A stretch of DNA of 64,000 nucleotides. Source: Dicyema japonicum. Taxonomy: Eukaryota > Animalia > Dicyemida. The stretch's first letter is position 1. Each line of letters opens with the position of its first letter. The notes beneath the pieces were generated by a model, which was given only the letters and a program-made list of their open reading frames with translations, was not told where the DNA came from and made no database searches. Both the position numbers and the translations under genes were made by a program. Positions 1-12,049 of the stretch are shown in pieces. The stretch is from the NCBI GenBank assembly GCA_011109175.1, contig RDEW01000012.1, positions 532,228 to 596,227 of the forward strand. The letters are read 5' to 3'.

Positions 1-479
1 TTGTGTCAAAAAACGATATTGAAAAAACAATTTTTTAGGTGGTTTTCTGAAAATATTGTTTTATACTAAAAATAGTACGGGTTTACTTCAATCCATGATA
101 TTATAAAATCTTCCAAGAGTAATTACACCAGACTCAGGCTAATAACAGATTATTGGTAACTGGAAAGGAATGCGTCAGTGGAAAAAATGCATAAGGAATT
201 AGACATTTATTATGGAATTGTGTTTATTCTTCTAAAATTCCCGTTGGTGAGGTGAAGTCCTAGTATAAGACGCAACATGCATCTACTCCCTATCTCTTAT
301 CAGCATCATCTATAGCGTGGTAAAGGAATGATCCCGGCCTCTAAATTCAGGTAAAATTTTCTACGGAATCACTCCAAATAATGAGCTATTTTATAAATAT
401 AAAAATTTAAAATTGGGGGAGGATTGTCCTTCGATAAATCAGTTTAAAGCAATACTTCCACAAGCCTGCAATGAGAACT

Positions 480-1200
480 GACTAGTCCTCTCCTACGCCG
501 ACAATGTATTCTTGCCTCCAAGGACAAAAGCATTCAATCAGGTAGTCAGTCCGCTCAACAAATGTTGGAATAAATGGAACTGTGACTCTCGAAGCAGAGG
601 CTCGACACATCAGCAGCGAAACCCTTTGTCCACTGTTTTTCCAAGTAAAAAGACAGCTCTGTGTAGAACCAAGAACGAGGCTATTCCTATTAACAAAACA
701 CCTAAGATTCTTGGGGGTCACCTTTGATTAGGGACTCTCTTTTGCAAAATACTTTGAAACTCTATATTGGCTGCGACGAGGGAAATGGAGGCATTAAATC
801 GTCGCTAGGTGTTTAGAAAGAAAAACGGGATCATTAAAAACTATCTTCCGATAATAGATTAGGTCAACGATACTATATGCCAGCCCCTCCTGGACAATGT
901 CTATCTCCCGGATATCCTACTGAAAATGTCAGCCATTTAAGCGACCGTGGCAAGAGTGGTGGGACCAGAGATAGGCTCTATATCTCATTGAAGACCAAAT
1001 CTAGAGAAACATAAAAAGGCCCTAAGGGCAGCCAAAAGTCCAGACAACCCCTGAATGAAGCACTATCAAGATACATGATCTAAACTAAGCACCTAAACTA
1101 AGAGAAGAAACCGTCCCCGTCGGAATCGACAACTTCCTTAGTTGAAAACTTTATCCTTTTATTTCACTAGGTGATTCTGGAGTAATAAATAATAATAAAT
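480..1200 (+). mobile_element. Decayed 3' part of a non-LTR retrotransposon (RT C-terminus plus TAA-rich tail)
   Basis: Broken frames read YADN (YADD-like), KTPKILG-VTFD-LSF and IRSTILYASPSW; ends in taataaataataataaat near 1183-1200. Confidence 0.7.
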
Positions 1201-1249
1201 CCATACTTCTAAGATCAAAGAGGTATTCCCCTTTGAATTTTATAGAACT

Positions 1250-2230
1250 TCATCGAGGATAACAATCGACTGGGAAATCTTTTCAAGATACATTGACTGC
1301 TCCGAGACAAGAATGCGAATGAGGAATTTCAATAGCAGACGTAGGATCTTCCGGATAATAAGAGTGATTTTTCACTCCTCAACAAGGAATAGACAAATCT
1401 CAAGTCACCTGAGTAGTTTGAGTATGTCTGGTATACCTCCACTGTGGTCATCACCCCGCATGCATGCTTACATGAGAAATGAGCATATAACTTGACAACT
1501 TTATTAGAACAACAGCAGTAGGAGTTAGATATAAGGGTTTTAATTAGTCCGCCTTTGCGGCCTGGACACTTCCGACGTCCCCATCTCCGTTATTAATTTG
1601 CTTCAATTGTTTTTAGTGGCCTGGGCTCTGCATCGAAAATCCATCTTTCTTAAATCACACCGATGATTTTGCTCAGTTCTTTTAGCCTCGAGATTATATC
1701 TCCCAGTTCTTTTAAGATCTTTTCGGGCATATCACTTCGGGCTTGCCAAGCCGATTCTCGTGCCTGTCGAACCGGTTTATTGTTAATAGTTCAAGGGCCG
1801 ATTATTCTTCTTCTCTTTGTCGGTTTCACCGATTCGGTGATTATTCTTGGTGGAGTCCTCTTATTGATTTCAGTTTTGGTATTATCTGTCTCGGTTCCCT
1901 TTTGTTGTTGCGAACATCAAGTTTTGTTTGGTTTTCAATAACACGGGGCATCCTCCATATCTCACTCCTCAACGAGCATATAATAAGTCATCTCTTCCCT
2001 TACTCATACCCACCTTTGACTTCTCTGCCTAACTGATCCGATTGAAGGACCTCTAGAAACGCCGGTTTCCAAATATTACTTTTTTAGCCATCGGTTTTCT
2101 TCGGTTGAAAGGTTCGAGGGTAATTATTATTTGACCCCGAAAAAGGGAACACTAAGAAAAAAGTTAAGCCGTCTAATTAAGTGATCCTGATAGTTCACAA
2201 CAGGCACACGAGGTTTTATGCAAAACTTCC
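1250..2230 (-). mobile_element. Possible decayed LINE 5' part (ORF1 / APE endonuclease start)
   Basis: Only weak motifs (RKGGLIKTLIS, endonuclease-like) and many stops. Confidence 0.3.
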
Positions 2231-2234
2231 CATT

Positions 2235-3760
2235 TTATTTATTCATTTTAAAACCCCACGACCACCAAAAAAATATTAATTCGCTAATTACGCGATCCCA
2301 GCCACTCCAACGATCTTCTGGATTCGCCGTATAAAGAATAGGAATGTTTCCGAGGAATATCTCAAATCCACCTTTAAATCTGCTGTTCCATAACATGGTG
2401 TCCTGATCTTTGGTAGTAAGTAAATTGTGTAGAAATAAGTTAAATAGGAGAGGAGACAAAGAGGAACCTGTGTGACCCATTAGGGAGTAGTCTTGATTTT
2501 GAAGTAATTTTTCAAAATCCGGACTCTCACATAGACAGTTAAAAAATTTTCCAGCCATAGCATGATGTTCCGATGTAAGTTTGAATTAAGATCTTTTCTG
2601 ATAGGAGTATCCTCGAAACAGAATCGAAGGCTCTCTGTATATCATAGAAACCAGAGCCATGCGTAAATGTGTCTTCATGCTAAAGCCGTTTGTGATGAAC
2701 TGTCGTTGTAGGACGGCCTTCTCTGAGGCCACGTTGAAATTCGAAGCAATTGTAGAACAGGGGAGATTAACATTAATACAGCTTCTCCAACACTTTGGAC
2801 AGGGCAGTAAGAGGATGATTTTCCAGGCTTGAGAATTAGTGTAATCAGTGAACTCTTCCATATATTTGGTATTATATGGGAATTAATATAATAGTCGTAT
2901 AGCTTCGATAACACGATGTGTGTATGAGGTCCTAGGTGTCTAAGGTGAATAGCACAGACACCGTCGGGGGACACACATCGGGTGGGTCGTAGAAATTTGA
3001 TAGACCTGTCCACGTTGTTAGTAAAGAAAAGAAAGAGTCTATTGTGGACCACATCGTTTGACATGAAGAGAGCCTGAGAAATTTTTGTGGTTGATCGACA
3101 CATAACATTTCATAAGATTATTTGCAAGTTTCCGTGCAGGTTCCGAGACAATATGGGTAGCAGCTTCTACTCCATCGCCATCTTCGATATAAGACTGTTG
3201 GTACTTCTCAGTGTCTTCCAGATTGTGCTACATTAGTTTTTGTGGCATTATTGACCAACAAGTCGGCTCCACTTATTTCTGTGGTTAGCACAAATTATTT
3301 GGGAAATTCTGTAATTGAGGGAGCGTATGGACGATATCCGAAGGCATCTCGTTTCTTGATGAGTGCCAGGATTCCCGAAGATAGTTTCGGATTGAATGTT
3401 TTTTATGCCGACCGGGGGATAAAATTCTGTTGGCTCTTTAGGATTATTGAGGTTAATATCTGAGCTGCCTCGTCAATAGGAAGGTCCTCAAAACCCCAAG
3501 CCAAATAAACATCTGTCCACAAACGTGCTGAAACCAATCCAGTCTGCTTTCGAATATTTCTTGAACTTCGTAGAACATCCTGGCAAACAAATAGATCTTG
3601 TGAGTCTCAAAACAATTGTGTTATGGTCGTTTGAAAAACCACAACGAACATCCCAAAAAATATCTAGCAAGAAAGGAGTACATAAACAAGTCCGGGAAGT
3701 TGGGTTCGGATTGGGTCCTAGTATGTTTAGAAATTTTTCCAATCATACATTTAGCTCCAT
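2235..3760 (-). mobile_element. Decayed LINE ORF2 (endonuclease end, RT) with 3' terminus
   Basis: SNDHNTI and KADW linker, WKSSLITLILKPGK, GSSLSPLLFNLF. The 3' terminal ~55 nt match 56066-56124. Confidence 0.8.
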
Positions 3761-3789
3761 CGCTACAAACATCCGACATTTATTCCAAT

Positions 3790-4661
3790 TTATGTTTTTT
3801 GCAATAAAATAATTTTTAATAGTGTTGAAAATATTTTCCTCAGTACAATTACTCTCCAACGATTCGCACATTAACATGTCTTCTTAATAATATCGTCAAA
3901 AGGGTATCGAACGAAAACCAATAAAACTGCCAATCCTTCAACATCAGTAGACTCGTCAATTTGAATGACAAAACCATTAGAATTATTCAAACGAATTAGT
4001 AACTGCGTTTCACTATTTTCCCAAAGTTCCTGAATTCGCATTGAAATTATTTGACAAAGAAACAAGATCCAGTTTCTCAGACATTTGTTCGCCATACACT
4101 CGATGATTTTTTTGAACATGACTTTATAAGATTTTCGGCAATTGTATGTGCCTCACCACAACGTGCTGCAAGATAACTCACCTGTTTGATTAAAATAATT
4201 ATATACTTCATAGGATGCTCTGGTCGATTTTAAGTGTCGTCTTTCGCAAAATTGGACATTTCCAACTTGCACCTTGTAGATTTTAATTTGATTTGAAAAA
4301 GGAAATATCTTATCCTTTAAGTGAGGATGCTTCATCAATAAATGTCTTGATAGTTTGGCAGGAATTCTGCCGTATGTGGTAAAGTAGATCCATTCAAACC
4401 CATATGAGAGGTAACTTTCATCATATTTTTTTCTATAATTATAATTATAAAAAAACCTTTTTTGAATATTTTTTGGAATCTCTTATGCAATTATTGTTTC
4501 TCATTAAAAATCTAAAAATTGACTAACTAACCCAAAAGAGAAACAAGATTTAAGCGTGGATGTTTAATATATTTTAATAATTAAAAACTATTATTAATAA
4601 ATATAATTAATTTCGCGGAACACTAAAACTGGCTCCACGGATCCCAGGTTGGGAACCACTG
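3790..4661 (-). mobile_element. Truncated hAT (Charlie/Buster-type) DNA transposon
   Basis: QIDESTDVEGLAVLLVFVRY and KHPHLKDK motifs; terminus reads CAGTGGTTCCCAACCTGG on the minus strand from 4661, a Charlie-type TIR. Confidence 0.85.
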
Positions 4662-4984
4662 ATCTATGGAATACAGGGTTGCTCCGTGAACTAGCCTCCT
4701 TTAAGAGATTCTGTTGTAATTTGATTAATAAATTTTCAATGGGGTGTTTTTAAATTTACCAGTTGTATTGACGTTAAATGTCATGTGACTCGCCAACGAC
4801 GTGGTGGCATTTGGAAGAACAGAACCACACTTTCTCCTATCTTCACGGGTGGAGCAATAAGGAAGGCCTGCGCCGTTGCAGAGACGTTAAGCCAAACGGT
4901 CATTATTAGATTATTTTAATTGAATTAGTTTAATTTAATATTTTAAATTTGGAAAATTAATATTTAAATAATTCAAATTTGTTG

Positions 4985-5734
4985 ATGTTCAAGTTCGGTT
5001 TCAGATTATTTTCAAGATTTCTCTGTAGTCTTCCAGAAAAAAGTAATTGTTTTAAAAATATTAGATGTGTCGAATAAGGTTTCCGATCTTCTCAACTATG
5101 GAAACTACGTCAAGAACTGTCTTCCAAAATACGTACAACTCGTACAGATCGCAGCTCAAAATGAACTCGAAATCTGCGTCCATCCCCTCGGAGTTATTCC
5201 AATCCTTCATTTCCTCAGAGACAACCATAACTCACAGTTTATGAGCCTCTCCGATCTTTGTGCCTGTGATGTCCCCACTCGTCAGTATCGCTTTGAAGTA
5301 TCCATTTCGATCATTTCAGATCGTTTACAACCTTCTGTCCCTTCGCTACAACCAGAGAGTTCGTGTGAGGACATACACTGATGAATTGACCCCCATTGAC
5401 TCTGTCTGTCGGATTTACCCGGCCGCAAACTGGTACGAGCGGGAGATCTGGGATATGTACGGAGTTTTTTTCAACAACCACCCTGATTTGCGGAGGATCC
5501 TTACAGACTATGGATTCGAGGGGTACCCACTAAGGAAGGACTTTCCATTGTCAGGGTACACAGAGGTAGTGGATTGGGTGAGTTTAGGTGAGGTATGATG
5601 ATGAACTGAAACGGATTGTGTATGATCCTGTTGAATTTGAACAGGAATTCAGAAAGTTTGAGTTGAAGAGTCCTGTTGAGGGATTGTATGAGTATAATGA
5701 GGCTGTTGGGAGGATTGAGAAGGGTGAGGACTAA
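4985..5734 (+). CDS. NDUFS3: NADH dehydrogenase (ubiquinone) Fe-S protein 3
   Basis: ATG 4985; three 22-nt GT-AG introns (5043-5064, 5298-5319, 5566-5587). Spliced product contains [43 protein letters not shown] and [11 protein letters not shown]; TAA at 5732-5734. Confidence 0.97.
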
Positions 5735-6239
5735 TAATCATATTAACTACTAGTTTGTTTTTAATAAACTTATTTAAATCTAATTTTTGTAGGTTTTTCT
5801 CCTTCATCTGGGTTTAGGATGCCTGCATTCCTTCTGGCCGCCAAGCTTCTGTGCACTCTGTTTCATTGGTCGATGGTTCGGTAGGGAGATTAAGGATCAT
5901 CTTGTCAAATGGTTGGTTGAGTATAGAGAGGAGAGGAATGTGAGGCGTGCTGGGGAACAAATGCCAATATCGCCGAAGCGGACGTGTAGGGTTGCCTGGT
6001 TTCTGCCTTGATCGTCGAACTTTCGTTGGCGAGACGTTCGGTGGTAGAACGGGAATGTGTCTCAGTAAACAAGATGCACCACCAAGTACGTGGTTCATTT
6101 TTGTAGAATGTGGTAGTCACGTGGTTAGTTGGAAAGTAGATGTAGTTCTACGTTAATCAAGTGGAAGGTCGGGCAAGTATATTTTAATCATAAAGTTTTA
6201 TTTTGAAGTAGACAGATTAATCACGAGTATTTGAACTTA

Positions 6240-7450
6240 GGGATGACCCAGACATCGATTGTTTATTCCTTAGAGTCAAGGAAACCGGTTACGAATAGAA
6301 ACGGACGTTCCCGGAGATCGGTCAGATGGATCTGGTACGGTGAAGAAATTGAAGGTGGACCCGGACAAGAAGTGGTTCTAAACTCATCTTTTATTAGAAA
6401 GCTAATATTTAGAGGGACGGAGGACCAGTTTCTCTAGAAAACGTGAAAACGCACAGACGATTGAGAAGGATTTATTCCATTTATCCGCGACATACAACCC
6501 TTCCTTTACCACTTGTTAGATAGGTTACTTTTTGAGCTCCTTTATCGATTTCCATACGTTTTGCGTGGTTTTCTCAGAACTGCTTCCCAGTGTTTTTGGA
6601 TCATCCTGCAATTTTCCCCATGGCTTTTTAGTTGTGAAATCTTTTCACTCAGTAATTGTCTAAGTAGTAATTGTTTCTTTTGTATGGAAACTCGTGTTTT
6701 GTGTTAAAGGATTAATCTTTTGTAGCTCGGAGTAATCCTTCATCGGAAATAGGTAAATCTCAACAAAGGATGTGAAGGTGAGCCAGACAACATGCGAAAG
6801 TTTTGATTGATTCTTCGTTTATGAATTAATTTCCGTTTTTTCAATTCCCCACAACTTTGATTTCAGAAGGACTAGTCTTCTGTTAAATACGTCAAGTTAC
6901 CCCAGCCTCTCTATAGGAGAGAGCGATATTAAGTATTAGGCCGCAAATACTGATTCCTCCCATAAATCGGTCACTTTCGGTGTGGTAGATGGACATTGTT
7001 AAGTCCTGTACATTCGAAAAGGTGATTTGGTGCAAACGCAGAGAGGTTGCAAAGAGAACAAAGACATCATATTCTAGTTTATAGATGAGCCGTGATACTC
7101 GAATATTCCTCACTAGAGAATATTCTGATTGGCAGATTATAGAAAAGGGTCGACGTGGTATTTTGGCATAATCAAGTCTTCGGAGGATCTTGTGCTAACA
7201 CGACCACGGTCATGGAGAGAATACATGATGGAGGATAGCATTCAAGTTGTCAAAATGATTTTTGTTTTGTCTATTATTATAAGCAACAACAAATCATATA
7301 TCCCATGATCCTCTATAATAGTCTCTTTCCAGACTCCGCAGACTAATCTTCACCTTCTCTTGTGTTCTGTTCACTGGTCTCAAGTTACCATTCAGGACTT
7401 AGATAAGAACTTTCTCAAAACTTTTCCCCAAATTTTTCTAAGAATTCTTC
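6240..7450 (-). mobile_element. Possible decayed retroviral-type integrase (Gypsy/Ginger-like)
   Basis: Fragmentary HHCC-like YSLHDRGRVST...KYH and a CQ remnant; heavily interrupted. Confidence 0.3.
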
Positions 7451-7760
7451 TATGACGATGTTTGCTGGAGTGTCCCAATTCTTAGAATATGACCAAACAG
7501 TTTCCAGCCCGTCTCCATGATCAGGGTGCTCAGAAGTTTAGGGAACGTGTTTTGTGTGCCAGAGTTGTACGTAAGTATCAGTTTCACGAAAGCCTCACAC
7601 AACCTGAGGCGGAGAGATGGGGACACTATAATTATTTTGTCATTTGTAAAGAACAGGAAATAATTTCAGTTGACCTCAAGGTTATTCAAATAAATAAAAA
7701 ATGTGTTGAATATACATTTATTAGTAAAATGAAATAAAATGAAAACTCGGTTATTTGTGT

Positions 7761-9090
7761 TCATTCGTGGCTCTCTTCAATGATTTCCTCCTCTATGATT
7801 GATGTCTCCGTTGATTCTGATGAGACTCGGTTAGATTCCATCCAAATGATGCAGTCCAGGTAAGACGGGGGAAGTTCCTGAATGTCCCAGATGTTGTATT
7901 TCAAGTTTTTTTCGTAAATTTCCTCGCCGATATCCCTCAGTTGGGGGACTATGTCCATGATCTTCTCGAACTTTTCCTCCGTTTTTCTGAAAATCTCATA
8001 TTTCCTGAATAGATGGCAGACCTGTTCAAATTCTATGGGGATCCTCTGCAGCACGTGGCAGTACTGGTCGTCTAAAACTGATAACCTTAGTTTACTTCTC
8101 TGATAAATCAGAATCATTATCATAAGAGCTCTTTCCACGTTGTTTAAGCTTAAATCTCTGAAGATTGAAGCCAGGCTGAATAATCTGTGAATAATGTTCG
8201 CATCCTCCGGGTCGGTCATGCAGTTTATTAAAACTCCGAGACCGTCGGGGAAGATGATGACTCCTTCCTGATGGTTACAGTTCTGAAAGACGCATAAAAT
8301 GATGGACTCCAAAACAGAATTTTTGATTACTTCAATTTGGTCGGAGAAATTCAGCTAAAACTGAGGCCAATTTTTACATTAAAGAAAATTTTAATTTGGC
8401 GCCAAAATTGTACAAAATATTTGCTTATGTAAATCAGGGACTTTGAGATTTCGCTCCATTTTTTGATGTCCTCTCTAGCCCGAACCACCATTGGGAGAAA
8501 ATTGATCGGAATCTTTGTCTCCTCATTGCACAAAATCCTTTTGACCTCATTATTCTCAAATATGGGGGCAATAAAGTTATTGTATCCGTGACTTATGGAC
8601 TTTAAGATGTTTATCTCCCCTTCGTAAAATCTGACTTGGTCGGTTTTGTGGTCTCCGTTTTGCATTTGGTTCCTTCTTTGTCGGTTCTCCTCGATAAGCT
8701 TTCGTTTTTCCGTTCTCTGGTATTCCGTGAGAACGCCTAAAATAACCGAATCGCTCACATTTGCTATTCATCCCCACTTGGACACATCTTTTGAATCTGC
8801 AAGCCTGGCATTTGTTCCTACTTTCCTTGTTTATCACACATTTGAAGTCATTCTTGCAAACATAGGTGGAATTCCGTTGAATAGTCCGACGGAAGAAGCC
8901 CTAACCCTGAGAAAAGGTCAGTACCTTACAGCCCTCACAAGTCATGATCTTATAGTGCAGCCCAGTTGCAAAGTCACCACAGACTTCGCATTGTGCGGAT
9001 GGCTTCATATAGCTTGGGATGTAATTGTTGCCTATAATAATGGTTACAAATACTTATAAAGACCGACCGCTTAGTCCTGGCCAGTGCCAT
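7761..9090 (-). CDS. THR: Thyroid hormone receptor-like nuclear receptor (NR1A), DBD plus divergent LBD
   Basis: ATG 9090; introns 9032-9053 (22), 8901-8924 (24), 8737-8758 (22), 8355-8377 (23) and probably 8072-8095 (24). Spliced [33 protein letters not shown]...[14 protein letters not shown]; TR-typical hinge [12 protein letters not shown]; LBD signature [24 protein letters not shown]; AF-2-like LPPSYLDC. Confidence 0.9.
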
Positions 9091-9218
9091 TATCACAAAA
9101 AACAACAAAAACAGCTATTTATCTTAAATTGTTGGTGTCAGACCAACGCTCATATTATTGAAAATCAATTGTTTTTGTCTGTACAATTCAATGTAACAGA
9201 TTTAAGTGCAAATGCAAG

Positions 9219-9578
9219 TTAAAACAAGCCTGTGCAGGGCCAGTATGGGACACGTGTTTGGTGTTTAGGCTGAGGGACTGAGCGAATGAATGGGAAGATT
9301 TGGGAATAGTCAGCACAATAGAGGTCATAGCATTTGACCTCGACCGCATATAGAATTTTACATTTGTAGGAATTTCCGTTCATACTCAGTTTTCTGGTTC
9401 TTCTCTGACGGGGTGAATTTTCGGGGCATTCGTCTGCCGGGGTCAGTTTCACGGAACTTGTGTCAGTGTTCGCAGGATCGTTCATCCTTATGATTAACGA
9501 AGGAACCTCTATTAATAAGCTGTGGCGTATTATTTTATATGATCTCAGACAATCCTGATAATTCGATAATAAATTCAT
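9219..9578 (-). other. Unassigned 119-codon ORF directly upstream of the TR-like gene (uORF, small gene or alternative 5' exon)
   Basis: Open frame with non-transposon composition. I could not splice it in frame to the receptor. Confidence 0.3.
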
Positions 9579-10249
9579 TACAATCTGGTTAAATTGAAAA
9601 CTGAAGGCGGGTTACCACCTAAAAATGACTTCCCCCAAGATTTCAGTCCCACTGTCCGAGTGTCCTCACCCCAAAAACTAATGGGTGGACAACCCTACCA
9701 CAGAAGACCCATTAATCCCCATAACCAATATATGTGATTTATCCGAGGAATTAAATCTGTCACTAAGTAATTGTCAAATTATGCAATCAATTACTACTAG
9801 ACAAATTCCCCCATGAATAATACACTTAATTCCCCATAATTATGCGCATTATAGTTTTCCTTTGGCAGTAATTCATTGATTACAATCAATCAGTATTTCA
9901 ACGTCTGGGGGTTGCTCCATTCTAATTATCGATTATGCACACGTGGACTCAATGTGCACTGTTATTTGTGGTGAGACATCATTGTTTACTGTGAAAGGAC
10001 ACAGCTGCTGATACAAGTGCGTACTTGATTAAATTAAAATTAATTCCGTGATAGTTCGAGCATCACCTTCACCGACCCCCACCGATTAGTCACTATATTA
10101 TTGAGCACGTGTTCACAATAATGATAGGTTCATGTACTCTAAATCTGAGGTTGAGTGGTTTTGTGATAATTGCAAGTAAATAAATAACTGATATTATCGT
10201 CCTCACATCACCAATGTCCTCCCCCATTGAGAATACCACTGAGTAGGCC

Positions 10250-11250
10250 TAAAAATCTTTGTCGATGAGTTCATAAAAGCCACTAGGGTGGGCGAACTAC
10301 GGATTGGGTCAATAAATATACGGCATGCTGGAATTCTGTTGTAATAGAATATTCTCAATTTCTCTGGTGGAATCAATAATTGATCCAGAACGTTGGCATC
10401 TGACATAAAACGATAAGTTAATTACAGCTAGTCTAAGCATGTATTTGACTTAACTTTGTAGTTTTAATCTCCCGTCTTTCTGCCTCATTCAGTTAAGTCA
10501 TTTATGCATAGAATAATAATATCAATAGGCTTAACTCCCCCAAGCTTAATTTGATGGGAATTAAGGCACTTTTTTAAAACCAGGCAATCTAACGACATGA
10601 TTGTTAATCCATGTCTCTAAAAGATTAATAATGGTGATCAATGTCCACCAGGCTGTTGATCCCCACCAAGGCAGACGGGATTCAATTTAGACCTTGGTGC
10701 GTTAGATGTTTCTTATGTTAAAAAGGGTTTCCGATGTTTCCCAAGTCCACTAAAATGGGAATGAAATATCCACCTTGAAGAAAAGCAGACATATAGAGTA
10801 CTATATTGCACCAGACCTACACCACCAGCTCAACCTTTGGACTATGGGTAACCGTTCTGGGTGATCGAAATCTCTATAATATTAAAAGATGGGATTCATC
10901 CGACTGGTCTCCAGCCTGGTGGACATATTAGAAATTTCGTCATTACCAAAGAGAGCCGGTTCATGATTATGCTGGAGCTTAAAAAATCTCAATAATAAAG
11001 CGTTAGTCTGATAAACCCTAATAGTGGAGATTCGGACGATGAGACTAGTCGTTGTGCCCCCTGAACAACAACCTATCTCCCATATAGGTCCACCAGCCTG
11101 ATTGATCTCCTCATATGTCCACATAGTTCTATTTCTTTTAACCCCAGCCTCACTAAATTGTGTTCCTTTAGTTGCCAGATAAAAACTTCCCCGCGTGAAT
11201 GTGAACAACATGGAAAATTATTTAAAGAGTGGGGGGTAAAAAAACGTTTA
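10250..11250 (+). mobile_element. Possible decayed APE endonuclease of a CR1/L2-like LINE
   Basis: LRIGSINIR, LGDRNLYNIKRWD (GDFN...W-like) and IDLLIC fragments. Confidence 0.35.
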
Positions 11251-11302
11251 ATTACTAGTAAAATGAGATATTCAAACAGGTACCACAAATAAATAATAAA
11301 AT

Positions 11303-11984
11303 TCAATAATAGTCATCTCTAAACTTAACGAAGGGTAACTGAATGGGAAGGAGCCCACGATCCTGCGCCAAGGCCAGATGTATCTCCAATTCCTTGTACT
11401 GCTTCAAACAAAGTCCTACGAATTAAAGGCAAACTCACCCACTTTGCGGATCGGCAACAAACGGAGTGAGTTTGGGCATATAAACTCTTCCAAAAGCCGC
11501 CAATTCTAAAATAAGTAAGAAAGAGACTTCAAAGTGAACAACGAGTTTGTTATCGCGACAAAGAGGACATGGGAATCCAGTATTGTACTTTCCAAGTCTC
11601 TTAAGGGTCACCCAAAGGATTACAACGCATGAGATGGATGGGAGTCTCATATTGGGGTTATTTCGTCTGTAGTAGAACCAGATAGGCTTTCCCATGTAGT
11701 TGTCCTCGAATTCTGTAAAATATTTAAAGTAGAAAACCTTCACTGTCGAGGTAAAGTTGAGAATCTATCAAAGAAACGGGGACATATGGCTTCTTTTTTA
11801 CATTGGGCCATTTTAATGAGAGATTTAGGTTGAATTTATCGACTTGGCTGGTCATGGCAGCTACAGACCGTTGTTTGTTGAATAATTCCTTTCGGGCTCT
11901 ATCATTTTCCAATTGGACAGAATCCACTATTATGCTCGATTTTGGAAGGATTGAGACACGTTGAGACAACCTAAGGAGTCCCAT
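11303..11984 (-). CDS. MRPS18B: Mitochondrial ribosomal protein S18B (mS40)
   Basis: ATG 11984; introns 11713-11737 (25), 11600-11623 (24), 11506-11527 (22), 11416-11438 (23). Product YLDSEEFEDNYMGKPIWFYYRRN...FPCPLCRDNKLVVHFENWRLLEEF...GLCLKQYKEL...AQDRGLL matches the MRPS18B motif order; TGA at 11303. Confidence 0.92.
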
Positions 11985-12049
11985 TTTAAATTAAATATAT
12001 TATTATTAAATAAAATCAATGTATTTAATTAATCTTTTATTGTTAGCCG

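Noticed and set aside
5790-6240. GC-richer block downstream of NDUFS3 with ORFs on both strands
   Set aside because: No convincing motif in any frame; probably an old retroelement piece but not supportable.
7489-7737. 82-aa plus-strand ORF converging on the TR 3' end
   Set aside because: No recognisable motif; it runs into the AT-rich 3' region of the receptor gene.
8646-9059. 137-aa plus-strand ORF
   Set aside because: Antisense shadow of the TR-like DBD exons.
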